Positions 33,489 to 42,682 are shown, counted from the first letter of the stretch. The stretch is 55,131 nt of DNA from a virus (IMGVR_UViG_3300038808_000030:1-55131); one strand, 5' to 3'. Numbers and translations are program-made. Notes: generated by a model not told the origin, from the sequence alone.

Positions 33489-35413
33489 CCAACCGCAAGA
33501 AGATCGACACGGGCGCGGCCCGCCTGCCTGCCCTGGCCCGGGTCAACGTCCAGGACAAGGCCCTGTCCAACTGGATGCAGGCCGTGACCGAGCACCTGGA
33601 AGTGCGCTCCGGCGCCCGGGGCAACGAGTTCGAGCGCGGCGTGACCCTGCGCGAGCTGCTGGACCTGCAGGGCTCGGTGCAGGGCGTCACCCAGCTGCTG
33701 GCCACCGACAAGACGCCCGGCGAGGGCGAGATCGTGATTGACCTGGGCGGCGGGCTGTCGGCCACCGTGGCCGTGGAGCGCTTCGCCAAATCCATCATCG
33801 AATCGCGCCTGTTCAAGAGCCTGGCCAAGACCCTGGACGACCCCAGCCGCTTCGACCACCTGGCGCAGGAGATCCGCGACGAACTGCTGCGCTCCATCGC
33901 CGACGAGGCCGCCAAGCGCGGCGCCGAGGTGCGCGAGCTGCAGATCGTGGTGCAGAGCAACGAGCGCAGCCTGGCCATGGCCGTGCGCGAGGTCACTGCC
34001 AGCCTGCGCAACGCCAGCGCAGGCCTGCGCGCCACGCAGGCGGCGTTCGCGGACGGCCAGCGGGCCATGGCCACCAACGTGCTGCAGCTGCAGGCCTCCC
34101 TGGGCAACTACTACCAGGACGGCAAGCCGGGCCGCGCCATGCTGGAGCAGGAGATGACGGTGCTGGCCGGCTACAGCGAAGGCCTGCGCGCGCAGTACAC
34201 GCTCAAGGTGCAGGCGGGCGGGGCCCTGGCCGGCTACGGCATCGCGGCCGAGGAGGTCAACGGCAAGACATCCAGTGCCTTCATCATCATGGCGGACAAG
34301 TTCGCCATCGTCTCTCCCAGCTACAACGCCGGCCAGATGAGCACGCCCCGGCCCGAGGACGTGGTGTTCGGCGTCGATGGCGACGGCATCTACCTGCAGC
34401 GCAACGTCTATCTCAAGGGCAACATGCGCATCGACGGCCTGGGCAAGAAGCTCGTGGACGGGCTGCGCGGCTCGGTGCTGCTGTCGGCCAGCGGCAGCTT
34501 CTGGAGCGACGCCACCGCACGCCAGGCCGTCTGGCAGGCCCTGGGCAACAGCGGCAGCGCGCCCAACACCAACCACCTGATCGTGGGCGATGCTGTGACC
34601 ATCACCAACGGGTCCAGCTTCACCCAGACCCGGCATTGGATGGGCGCGGCCTGGGTGATCCCCGCCGCCGTGCTCAACGGCGACCTGCTGGTGGACGGCA
34701 CGGTGGCGGCCCGCAAGGTGGACACGCGCGGCCTCACCGTGCGCGACAACGCCGGCAACATCATCCTGGACGCCAACGGCCTGGACGCGCAATGGCTGCG
34801 CAATCTCAGGGCCGCCCAGGTCAACGGCCTGGGGCCACTGGCCACCAAGGACAAGGCCCGCATCGGCGACACCGTGGCGTTTCCGGACGGCACGACGATG
34901 AACACCAGCGACTTCATCAACCGGCTGCAGCGCATCACGTCCAACAACATCGGGGTGTTCATGGACACGGCGGCCATTGGTACGGCCTATATCGGGCAGG
35001 CGGCCGTGGGCACGCTCCAAATCAAGGGGGGCTCAGTCACCTCCATGGTCCAAGGTGAACAGGAGCCCGGTCGGATCATCTACATATCTCCTGGTGCCGA
35101 AATTGAACTGTGTCGATGCACCTTGCAGATGGCCGAAGGTGGCACAGGCGTAGCCATCATGGCATTTGCCAACGCCATGCCTCGCAATGGCGATGCAGGG
35201 CTGGGGTTGACCATATTCCGCGACAACAACGCAATGCGTTTCAGCGGGACTTCGATGCTTAATGGATTCCGGACAGCGGCCTATGTTGGCGCCTTTGAAA
35301 GCTGGCCACCTGCGGGCAATCTGACGTATAGATTGGTGGCCACTAACCTTGATGCAAACCGGGCCATAGAGGTCCATTTGTCGCACATCATGGCCACAGG
35401 GGGAAAGCGGTGA
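33485..35413 (+). CDS. Tail tip/fibre protein with DUF1983-like domain
   Basis: AQYTLKVQAGGALAGYGI...SAFIIMADKFAIV; variable C-terminus. Confidence 0.78.
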   Translation: MTNRKKIDTGAARLPALARVNVQDKALSNWMQAVTEHLEVRSGARGNEFERGVTLRELLDLQGSVQGVTQLLATDKTPGEGEIVIDLGGGLSATVAVERFAKSIIESRLFKSLAKTLDDPSRFDHLAQEIRDELLRSIADEAAKRGAEVRELQIVVQSNERSLAMAVREVTASLRNASAGLRATQAAFADGQRAMATNVLQLQASLGNYYQDGKPGRAMLEQEMTVLAGYSEGLRAQYTLKVQAGGALAGYGIAAEEVNGKTSSAFIIMADKFAIVSPSYNAGQMSTPRPEDVVFGVDGDGIYLQRNVYLKGNMRIDGLGKKLVDGLRGSVLLSASGSFWSDATARQAVWQALGNSGSAPNTNHLIVGDAVTITNGSSFTQTRHWMGAAWVIPAAVLNGDLLVDGTVAARKVDTRGLTVRDNAGNIILDANGLDAQWLRNLRAAQVNGLGPLATKDKARIGDTVAFPDGTTMNTSDFINRLQRITSNNIGVFMDTAAIGTAYIGQAAVGTLQIKGGSVTSMVQGEQEPGRIIYISPGAEIELCRCTLQMAEGGTGVAIMAFANAMPRNGDAGLGLTIFRDNNAMRFSGTSMLNGFRTAAYVGAFESWPPAGNLTYRLVATNLDANRAIEVHLSHIMATGGKR

Positions 35414-35829
35414 ATCACTACGTATTGATAGGTGCCGCCGGTGACATCCTTGGCCGGGGGAGTACCAACGCGCCGCTGGCGGCAGTGCCAACGCCGCCAG
35501 GCGGGCAAGTGGTGCGGCTGGGCGACGATCTTGTCGCGGGAGGGCCGCTGTTTTTTGATGGGCACCAAGTGCGCGTGGCGGCCCCGGCCCCTTCTCCGTT
35601 TCATGAGCTGTCGAATTCAGGCGCCTGGACGCTGAATGAAGCTGCGGCCTGGGCGACCGTGCGCGCGGACCGCGACCGGCGTATCGCCGCCTGTGACTGG
35701 CGTGTGACTCGGGCGCAAGAGGAGGGCCGGCGCCTGGAGCGTGAGTGGATGGCCTACCGCCAGGCCCTGCGCGACATCACCGACCAGCCCGACCCGCTCA
35801 CCATCGTGTGGCCCACGCCGCCGGCCTGA
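35410..35829 (+). CDS. Tail fibre assembly chaperone
   Basis: VRADRDRRIAACDW...WMAYRQALRDITDQ...WPTPP. Confidence 0.88.
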   Translation: MNHYVLIGAAGDILGRGSTNAPLAAVPTPPGGQVVRLGDDLVAGGPLFFDGHQVRVAAPAPSPFHELSNSGAWTLNEAAAWATVRADRDRRIAACDWRVTRAQEEGRRLEREWMAYRQALRDITDQPDPLTIVWPTPPA

Positions 35830-35832
35830 TGC

Positions 35833-35851
35833 GTGCCAAGCCTGCCAATGT
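35833..35851 (+). promoter_or_regulatory. Late promoter motif copy 7
   Basis: GTGCCAAGCCTGCCAatgT; 35836 to ATG 35859 is 23 nt. Confidence 0.78.
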
Positions 35852-35858
35852 GGCAAGC

Positions 35859-36269
35859 ATGCTGGACTACGACACGCTCGCCATCTACGCCTTCCTGCGC
35901 ATGCGCATCCCTGGCCTGTTGAGCACCGAGGGCGCTGTGGGCATTGGCTGGAAGCGCGGCGGGGTGCTGGTGGCCGGGGCCGTCTTCGAGCAGCACAACG
36001 GCCGCACCGTGTGGGCGCATGTGGCCATCGACGCGCCGCTATCACGCCGCTTCCTGCGCGCGTTTCTTGACTACCCGTTCGCTGTGTGCGCGGTGGATGC
36101 GCTGCGCGGCTACGTGCTCGCTTCCAACTCCAGGCTGCGTGCACTGGCCCGCCGGCTGGGCGCCGTGGAGGAAGCGGTGCTGGCAGGCGCTGCGCGCGAC
36201 GGCGGCGATGTGGTGGTCTGCACCCTTTGGAGAGGAAACCTGAAACATGACACGCTGGCACAGCACTGA
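35859..36269 (+). CDS. GNAT-fold protein (P22 gp14 position)
   Basis: LVAGAVFE, FLDYPF, VLASN...LARRLGAVEEAVL. Confidence 0.75.
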   Translation: MLDYDTLAIYAFLRMRIPGLLSTEGAVGIGWKRGGVLVAGAVFEQHNGRTVWAHVAIDAPLSRRFLRAFLDYPFAVCAVDALRGYVLASNSRLRALARRLGAVEEAVLAGAARDGGDVVVCTLWRGNLKHDTLAQH

Positions 36270-37113
36270 ATTTGATTTCCTGCCCGAGCAGGCATTCCGA
36301 CCTCGGCCCGGGGGCGGCATGACGTTGGAGGGTGGCGGCGCCTCGACCCCAGCACCCGATCCGCGGCTGGTGGAAGCGCAGGTGAAGAACCTGGGCATCC
36401 AGGACGACATGATCAAACAGATCATCGGCAATGCGAACGACATGGCGCCGCTGCAGAAGGAGCAGACGCAGTTCGCGCTGGACACCTCGCGCACGGCCTG
36501 GGAGCAGTCTCAGGCCGACCGCGACTATGCGCTGGGGCGCCGGGACAAGCTGACGGGCCTGCAGGACACCATGGTGGAGGAAGCGCGGACCTTCGACACG
36601 GAGGGCAAGCGCGAGGAGCTGGCGGGCCAGGCGGCTGCCGATGTCTCGAACGCCTACGAAAGCGCCAAGCGCACGCAGGGCGCAGAGATGGCCCGCATGG
36701 GCATCAACCCTGCTGATGGAAAGTATGGTGCCGCGTCCAATGCGCTGGCCGCCGGTGAAGCGCTGGCCACAGCGACAGGCAAGAACTCGGCCCGAACCGC
36801 TGCGCGTGCGGAAGGGCGGGCGCTGACGGACCGGGCCTCGAATGCCTTGGCCGGCTATCCTGCCATGGGCATGCAGACGACGGCGGCCACGGCCGGCTAC
36901 GGCGCCTCGGGCCAGAACATCGCCAACACCGGCCTGGCCGGCCTGAACTCCGGCTACGGGCAGGCGGCGGGCATGGCGGGGAGCGCCGGCAACAGCGCGG
37001 CCAACATGTGGGGCCAGCAGTCCAACGCCTACCAGCAGGCACAGGCCACCAGTGGCGCCGGAACGGGCGCCATCGTGGGCGCGGGACTCGGTGCAGCCGC
37101 TCTCATCATATGA
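36247..37113 (+). CDS. Internal virion/ejection protein 1
   Basis: N-terminal ...MTLEGGGASTPAPDP; Gly/Ala/Gln-rich body; hydrophobic C-terminus. Confidence 0.7.
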   Translation: MTRWHSTEFDFLPEQAFRPRPGGGMTLEGGGASTPAPDPRLVEAQVKNLGIQDDMIKQIIGNANDMAPLQKEQTQFALDTSRTAWEQSQADRDYALGRRDKLTGLQDTMVEEARTFDTEGKREELAGQAAADVSNAYESAKRTQGAEMARMGINPADGKYGAASNALAAGEALATATGKNSARTAARAEGRALTDRASNALAGYPAMGMQTTAATAGYGASGQNIANTGLAGLNSGYGQAAGMAGSAGNSAANMWGQQSNAYQQAQATSGAGTGAIVGAGLGAAALII

Positions 37114-37892
37114 ACTTGCAAAAAATCCAAAGCGTCGCTGAATCCACGCAGTCAGAACTGTTGGCGGCTTTCGCCGATGGCCGGAGAACGGCACTTCAGT
37201 TTTCGGGCGGCAAGGACTCCTTGGCATGCCTTTACCTGCTGCGTCCTTTCATCCTGCGGGGCATGCCGGTCTACTGGCTGCACACCGGCGACACCATCCC
37301 TGAGACGGTCGCCGTGGTTGAACAGGTTCGCTCCTGGATACCCGATTTCCGCGAGGTGCGATCTGATGTGATGTCCTGGAGAGCAATCCATGGGATGCCC
37401 AGCGACGTGACGACAGCGCAGACCAGCTGGATAGGACGGCAATACGGCATGAGCCATACCTCCCTGGTGGGGCGGATGGACTGTTGTGCAGCCAATCTGA
37501 TGATGCCCATGCATCAACGCATGATTGCCGATGGCATTGAAGTGGTCGTGCGTGGAACGAAAGTGGCCGATACAGGGGTCGTGCCGGCGCACGGTAAGAC
37601 AGATTGTTATGACGTGGTTTTGCCGCTCTTGCACTGGAGTCACGCGGAGGTGTTTGCGTATCTGGATTTAGTGGATGCACCACGCAACCCAGTCTATGAA
37701 AATTTCCGATCCATAAGTGCCCCCGAGTGCCTGAATTGCACTGCTTGGTGGGATGACGGCAAGGGTGCCTATCTGAAACAGAGACACCCCGGAAAAATCG
37801 AGCAATACCGAGTGAGTCTGCAGACCATCCGTGCTGAACTGGCGAGACGAATGCAGGAATTGGACAGTGAATTAGAGGAGTGTGGGTCATGA
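37110..37892 (+). CDS. PAPS/APS reductase family (PP-loop) protein
   Basis: LQFSGGKDS, HTGD, DCC, PLLHWSHAEVFAYL, ECLNC. Confidence 0.85.
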   Translation: MNLQKIQSVAESTQSELLAAFADGRRTALQFSGGKDSLACLYLLRPFILRGMPVYWLHTGDTIPETVAVVEQVRSWIPDFREVRSDVMSWRAIHGMPSDVTTAQTSWIGRQYGMSHTSLVGRMDCCAANLMMPMHQRMIADGIEVVVRGTKVADTGVVPAHGKTDCYDVVLPLLHWSHAEVFAYLDLVDAPRNPVYENFRSISAPECLNCTAWWDDGKGAYLKQRHPGKIEQYRVSLQTIRAELARRMQELDSELEECGS

Positions 37893-38941
37893 GCTTGGGT
37901 AATGGGTTTGGGGCCGGTTTGGGCCAAGGAATGCAATTCGTCAGAGGTATTGCTGATGCGTATCGCACTGGTCAGCAAATGAACGATGCGCGCGACCAAG
38001 CTGCGCAGAAAGAGGCGTTGAAGGGCATTGCCAGTGCCACCGCCGTGGAGTCCACGGGCTACACCGCCGACCAGGGCAAGGAGCTGGAAGGCCTGGCCGC
38101 CAACGGCTACAAGATCGACTTTGACGGCGCGCAGAAGGCCTATGTCGCGCGCAACGATGCGGGCGACACCAAGACCATCGCCATGCAGGGGGTGACCGAC
38201 TTCATGGGCGAGCGCTCGGCGGGCTCGATGAGCCGCGAGCAGCAGGACAGCACGCGCATGCTGGCCATGGCCGACGTGATCGGCCGTACCGACCCAGAGC
38301 GCGGCCTGCAGATGCGCCAACAGCTCACGCTGGGGGCGCACGATGTCAAACGCCAGGCTAGAGAGATGAAGCAATGGCAGCAGGATGACGAAGTGGGGCG
38401 CATCGAGGGCGAGCAACGAAAGCAGTTCCAGGCATCGTTGATTGACCAGAGCGGCAAGTCACGCGAAGCGACGATGGACGACCACCTTGCCCATAGTCAG
38501 CGCCGTATAGCTGCGCTGACACAGGCTGGGCATCTCAAGGCTGCGGACCAGGCTACCCAGGATTTGAGGGCGCAGTCGCACATCAAAATCCAGATGGATA
38601 CAAAAAGGCGTCAGGAGGCATCTGACAAAGCCGCTGCTGGCCTGGCGGTGGGCGACTATGCCCCGCTGATGGAGCTCTACAACCGCTATGTTCCCAGTGG
38701 CTACAAAATTTCCGGCATCGAGGCGGGACAGGGAGGGGCTTTGCAGATCAAGCGCACAGACCTGAATGGCCGGGAGGCGGCGCCAGTCACTCTTAAGGAC
38801 AGTGGCGAGGCTCTTGGACTTCTCAAGTCCATGGCCAGCCCGGCGGCGCTGTACCAGTATTCCCAGGGCGAGTTCCAACGCAGCTTGCGTCCGAGCCGAG
38901 AAACCGTCCCGAGCGGCTTGCCGTATGGCGCCTCCAGGTAG
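37889..38941 (+). CDS. Internal virion/ejection protein 2 (putative)
   Basis: MSLGNGFGAGLGQG start; helical Gln/Ala-rich; position. Confidence 0.65.
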   Translation: MSLGNGFGAGLGQGMQFVRGIADAYRTGQQMNDARDQAAQKEALKGIASATAVESTGYTADQGKELEGLAANGYKIDFDGAQKAYVARNDAGDTKTIAMQGVTDFMGERSAGSMSREQQDSTRMLAMADVIGRTDPERGLQMRQQLTLGAHDVKRQAREMKQWQQDDEVGRIEGEQRKQFQASLIDQSGKSREATMDDHLAHSQRRIAALTQAGHLKAADQATQDLRAQSHIKIQMDTKRRQEASDKAAAGLAVGDYAPLMELYNRYVPSGYKISGIEAGQGGALQIKRTDLNGREAAPVTLKDSGEALGLLKSMASPAALYQYSQGEFQRSLRPSRETVPSGLPYGASR

Positions 38942-38969
38942 CGCAGCACTGATCCTGGGATGCAGCCAC

Positions 38970-38993
38970 CAAGGCCCGCTTTAGCGGGCCTTG
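38970..38993 (+). terminator. Strong hairpin, terminator-like
   Basis: CAAGGCCCGC-TTTA-GCGGGCCTTG; weak U tract. Confidence 0.5.
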
Positions 38994-39025
38994 CCGTTTC
39001 AGGAGCCCGGGCGCCGCTGCCTGTC

Positions 39026-39044
39026 GTGCCAAGCCTGCCAGTCT
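39026..39044 (+). promoter_or_regulatory. Late promoter motif copy 8
   Basis: GTGCCAAGCCTGCCAgtcT; 39029 to TTG 39052 is 23 nt. Confidence 0.75.
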
Positions 39045-39051
39045 GTGCTTC

Positions 39052-41562
39052 TTGCCAAAAGGGGATCAGATGAGCAGCAAGAAGTACAAGCGCGAAAGGC
39101 TGGACCAGCCGGACGGCCGGGCCTACGAGCCAGAGGCATTCGAATTGCTGGACGGGATGGATGTGACCGGCATCGGTGCCGGCGCACGCTACCGGCCCGT
39201 GCCTGCCCAGCCGCCCGCACAGCCACAGGAGCGCAGCTGGAGTGAGGCGATCGCGGATGCCGGCGTGCAAAGCGCTGAAGGGGTGAATACAACCTTGGGC
39301 AGCGTTGTCAACCTTTTTTCGCCCTCATCCGGTGTCGCAGATTTTTTCCGCAGCAATGGCGAGCATTGGCGCAAGGCACAAAGCCCCGTGACGCAGCGCA
39401 AGCTGGCCGAAGCCGAAAAGGTGATCAGCGCGGCGGACCAGGATTCGATCATCGAACAATCCATCGCGGCAGCGCGGGCCTACAGCTCGGACCCCGTACT
39501 GATCTCGCGCTTCATCTTCACGAATCTGCCCAGTGTGCTCCCGGGCCTTGGCGCGTCGAGGGTGGGGCAGATTGCCACGCTGGCCGCAGGAGGAAGCACT
39601 GCCCTGGCGGCTGCGGCCGGCACCACCATGGCAGGTGCCACGGAGGCACTGATGAATGCGGGAGGCGCCCGTGGAAAGGCCTTCGAAGAGATCCGCGACA
39701 CGCTGCGCAAGCAAAGCGTCCCGGAAGACGAGGCGGTACGGATCGCCCTCGGCAAGTCGGTGATGCCAGCTGCCATAGGCAGCTTGACCGGCTTGCTGCC
39801 TGGCAAGCGCCGCATCGAGCGTGCTCTGGCGGGCAGGGGATATGCCGCAACCGGAGCACTGGCATCGGCGATGCTGGGCAAGCAGCTCGATGACGTACTG
39901 CCCCAGATGGCGACAAACCACCAGGCTGGGGAGGTCGATGGGCGGCCGTTGTCGCGCAATGTCGGACGCACGGCGGTGGAGGCCGCTGTCAGCGGCCTGC
40001 CGCCTGCGGGCGTCGCTGCCATCGCCGCCAGGCGCAGCCGGGCCCAAGGGGGCAAGGCGGGTAGTGAGGGCGATGCAGCGCTGCCCATCACCAGCCCGGA
40101 ATCTGCAAGCCCGTCGCGGCCCGGATCGCCGGTACCTGTGGACGCAGGCCCGGCTGCCATGGAAATCTCCGCAGGTCCTGCCAAGATGGACAAGGCTGTC
40201 AGCACGGTACCTGCAGCATCCGGTCGTGGAGCCGATGGCGACGCCAAGCCGCAAGGCGCCAGGCAACGCGGGCCAGTGCCGGCCGATGCCTTTGCTAGTG
40301 GCGATGCGCCGGCCTTCGATCCAGCTACGGTGCAGGCCCGCAATTGGCTGCAGTTCGTGTCCGAGCGCGGCGAGAACATCGGCAGGCTGCGCAGGGGTAC
40401 ACCTGCCTGGGAATTGCTGCAGGACGATTGGAAAGCCGTGCAGGCTGCACGCAAGGACGCCTCGGCCGGCCGTACCGCGCCCGTGGATGATGCCCCGGTC
40501 CGTGCGCCGGGCGACGAGAATGCGGCCGCCCGCCCCGCCGCCCCCGCCGCTGAAGGCAGCGCCCCTGTGCCGGGCAGCGAGAAGGCTTCCATGCAACCTA
40601 TCCCGGGTGCGCAGCGGGGTGGGGAGGCGCCTGCGAATGAGGCTCCTGGTTTACAGAACTCCTCCGGGCCACCTGCCGCTGTGGCGCAACCGCCTGGCCC
40701 GGATGGGGGGCTGCCCGCCGCGTTGCCGGCTGCGGTGGAGGTCGGTGTGGGGGATGGCGTCTCGGCAGCCGATGCAGCTCCAGCCGCGGCCCAGCCAGCT
40801 TCGCGCCAGGACGCAGACAAGAGTGCAAGCCCGGCGCCTGATGCCTCCATGGGCAAGGTGAAAGAGGTGGCTGATGCCATTAGTGCCTCATGGACCAAGG
40901 GACCTCCGGTGCGCGTCATGTTCGACCTGAAGGAGCCCCGCCTGGCGCAGGCAATGCGTGGTGCCGGCCGGGAACCGGGGGCTGATGGCGGCACACAGGG
41001 GCCGCGCGGGTTCTATGCCGATGGTCAGATCCATCTGCTTGCCAATGCAAGCCATACGCCGGCACAGGTTGCGCGGGTCGTATACCGGCAGGCGCTAGGC
41101 CAACATGGTCTGCAGGGCGCCTTTGGCGAAGGCATGGATGCCGTGCTTGACCAGATCGTCGCAGCTCGCCCGCGCGATGTGCGTGAGAAGGTCCAGGAGC
41201 ATGGACTGGCCGAAGGCCGGGAGGGGCGGCGTGCCGCCGCCCAGGATGTGCTGGCAGCCATGGCCGAGCAGTCGCCACAAGCGGGGTTCGTTCGAAAGGC
41301 GGTCGAGGCGGTCCGCTCGCGGCTGCGGGCTCAACTGCCGTCCATCAGGCCCATGGCGATGTCCGACGCCAGGATCATCGAGGACTTCATCCTGCCTGCC
41401 CGCGACTGGGTGCGGCGGGGCGGGCAGCCTGATGGCAACGGCCTGCCCGCCGGCGTCGCTGCGCCACGCGCCGAAGCCGATGCGCAGCGGCAGAGGGTGG
41501 AAGCGCAGGCCCGCACCGGCATGGACAAGGGCGAGTCCGGCGATGTGGGCTCCAGGCAGTGA
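39052..41562 (+). CDS. Large ejection/polyvalent-type protein, apparently truncated and degenerate
   Basis: Gly/Ala membrane-like region, long Pro/Ala linker, C-terminal zincin-like domain (RGFYADGQIHLLA...RQALGQHGL...QDVLA) lacking metal ligands. Confidence 0.65.
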   Translation: MPKGDQMSSKKYKRERLDQPDGRAYEPEAFELLDGMDVTGIGAGARYRPVPAQPPAQPQERSWSEAIADAGVQSAEGVNTTLGSVVNLFSPSSGVADFFRSNGEHWRKAQSPVTQRKLAEAEKVISAADQDSIIEQSIAAARAYSSDPVLISRFIFTNLPSVLPGLGASRVGQIATLAAGGSTALAAAAGTTMAGATEALMNAGGARGKAFEEIRDTLRKQSVPEDEAVRIALGKSVMPAAIGSLTGLLPGKRRIERALAGRGYAATGALASAMLGKQLDDVLPQMATNHQAGEVDGRPLSRNVGRTAVEAAVSGLPPAGVAAIAARRSRAQGGKAGSEGDAALPITSPESASPSRPGSPVPVDAGPAAMEISAGPAKMDKAVSTVPAASGRGADGDAKPQGARQRGPVPADAFASGDAPAFDPATVQARNWLQFVSERGENIGRLRRGTPAWELLQDDWKAVQAARKDASAGRTAPVDDAPVRAPGDENAAARPAAPAAEGSAPVPGSEKASMQPIPGAQRGGEAPANEAPGLQNSSGPPAAVAQPPGPDGGLPAALPAAVEVGVGDGVSAADAAPAAAQPASRQDADKSASPAPDASMGKVKEVADAISASWTKGPPVRVMFDLKEPRLAQAMRGAGREPGADGGTQGPRGFYADGQIHLLANASHTPAQVARVVYRQALGQHGLQGAFGEGMDAVLDQIVAARPRDVREKVQEHGLAEGREGRRAAAQDVLAAMAEQSPQAGFVRKAVEAVRSRLRAQLPSIRPMAMSDARIIEDFILPARDWVRRGGQPDGNGLPAGVAAPRAEADAQRQRVEAQARTGMDKGESGDVGSRQ

Positions 41563-41607
41563 CGCGGGGCCCGTTGCAGGAATCGCCGACCCGGGACGTT
41601 GCACACC

Positions 41608-41994
41608 ATGACGACATCCATTGAATCCGTCAGCCCGCCCGAGGACTCGGCGGCGCAGCTGCTGGAGTGCGAACTGCTGGAGATTGCCGAGCAGGAGCTT
41701 GGGCTGAGCGGCCCGCAGGCCTTGTCCGTTGCCCAGGCCATGTTGCGCGGGTTGCGAAAGCGCTATGGCGGCATGCGCATGGGCGCGCGTGGCGCCGCCA
41801 TCTACGTGCCCGCGCCCAGCAAGAAGGAGCGCAACGAAGCCATCCGCCAGGAATTCAACGGGGTCAACCGCAAGCAGTTGCAGACCAAATATGGACTCCA
41901 GCGGGCTCAGCTGTACCGCATCCTGGGCGAGCGGCGAGGCTCGGTTCGCAACGGCGTTTCCCATCCGGAGACATCGCTTTCCGTAGAGGGCTGA
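41608..41994 (+). CDS. Mor/C-family transcription activator
   Basis: YGG...IYVPAPSKKERNEAIRQEFNGVNRKQLQTKYGLQRAQLYRIL. Confidence 0.85.
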   Translation: MTTSIESVSPPEDSAAQLLECELLEIAEQELGLSGPQALSVAQAMLRGLRKRYGGMRMGARGAAIYVPAPSKKERNEAIRQEFNGVNRKQLQTKYGLQRAQLYRILGERRGSVRNGVSHPETSLSVEG

Positions 41995-42053
41995 GCCGTG
42001 CAGCGCAGCGGCGGACGGTGACCGCGGCTGTGCCTGGCATGTGCTTGAAAACA

Positions 42054-42080
42054 GTCTCATTTGTCGGCAGGAAATGAGAC
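42054..42080. promoter_or_regulatory. Dyad GTCTCATTT-N9-AAATGAGAC, candidate Mor-binding site
   Basis: Perfect 9-bp inverted repeat between the activator and the tail operon. Confidence 0.6.
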
Positions 42081-42271
42081 GCGAGGACAGAGAAACTGTC
42101 TGAACACGCCCAGCAGGGCGCAATGGAATCCAAGGATACAGGCGGTCTTTTTCCTATGTTCACCCACTCGAGAAACAACACCTTCAACACTGCGTCCCCG
42201 GTCGCAGGCTTGCCGGATGCAGCGGACGGTTGTGTCCGCAGCCAGACGGCCGCCACCAGAGCGCGCGCCTG

Positions 42272-42682
42272 ATGCTTCAGCTCGAATCCATCCTGGCCTC
42301 CCGCCTCAAGTCGTTGCCGGCCTTCGGGGGCTGGCGCGTCAGCGGAGCCAGTGAGTCCGTCGACGGCTCGGCCGTGCCTGCTGCGCAGGTGCGCATGGCA
42401 TCTGCCACAGGGGTGGCCGCCATGAGGACCGCGGCGCAGTTGCAGCCGACCTGGGTTGCCGCCCTGATGGTGCCGCGCGGCGCACAGGCTGCTGCCGCGC
42501 TGGGCGAGGCACTCGCGGCCTTGGTCGAAGCACTGCACAACTGGTCGCCGGGAGCGGTCGATGACCGCTTCTGGACCCCCTTCCAGTTCGCCTCCATCCA
42601 GGAGGCGGTTTTCCCCGACCCAGGCCTCGTGGGGTACGAGGTCGCATTCACCACCACGGCCCTGTTCGACGGCCAGCCGTGA
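42272..42682 (+). CDS. Tail terminator/completion protein (putative)
   Basis: LESILASRL...ALHNWSP...YEVAFTT; immediately before the tube gene. Confidence 0.7.
   Translation: MLQLESILASRLKSLPAFGGWRVSGASESVDGSAVPAAQVRMASATGVAAMRTAAQLQPTWVAALMVPRGAQAAAALGEALAALVEALHNWSPGAVDDRFWTPFQFASIQEAVFPDPGLVGYEVAFTTTALFDGQP

Larger units (their letters stand above)
1..41562. mobile_element. Temperate prophage with lambdoid early region and podovirus-type morphogenesis genes; left end outside window
   Basis: Divergent repressor/cro switch at 7.7-8.5 kb, recombination genes leftward; replication, terminase, portal, lysis, capsid, nozzle and ejection genes rightward. No integrase in window. Confidence 0.92.

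Noticed and set aside
28177-35829. Diversity-generating retroelement or invertible fibre shufflon
   Set aside because: No reverse transcriptase, no adenine-specific TR/VR pair, no invertase or inverted crossover sites; the fibre duplication is an ordinary in-frame repeat.
35745-35858. Longer N-terminus for the GNAT gene (35745 or 35829 starts)
   Set aside because: Overlaps the chaperone gene or the promoter motif; ATG 35859 fits the conserved 23-nt spacing.
13865-39044. Recurring CCAAGCCTGCCA as CRISPR repeat or recombination site
   Set aside because: Copies are kilobases apart, all in one orientation at gene starts with fixed spacing to start codons; no cas or recombinase gene.
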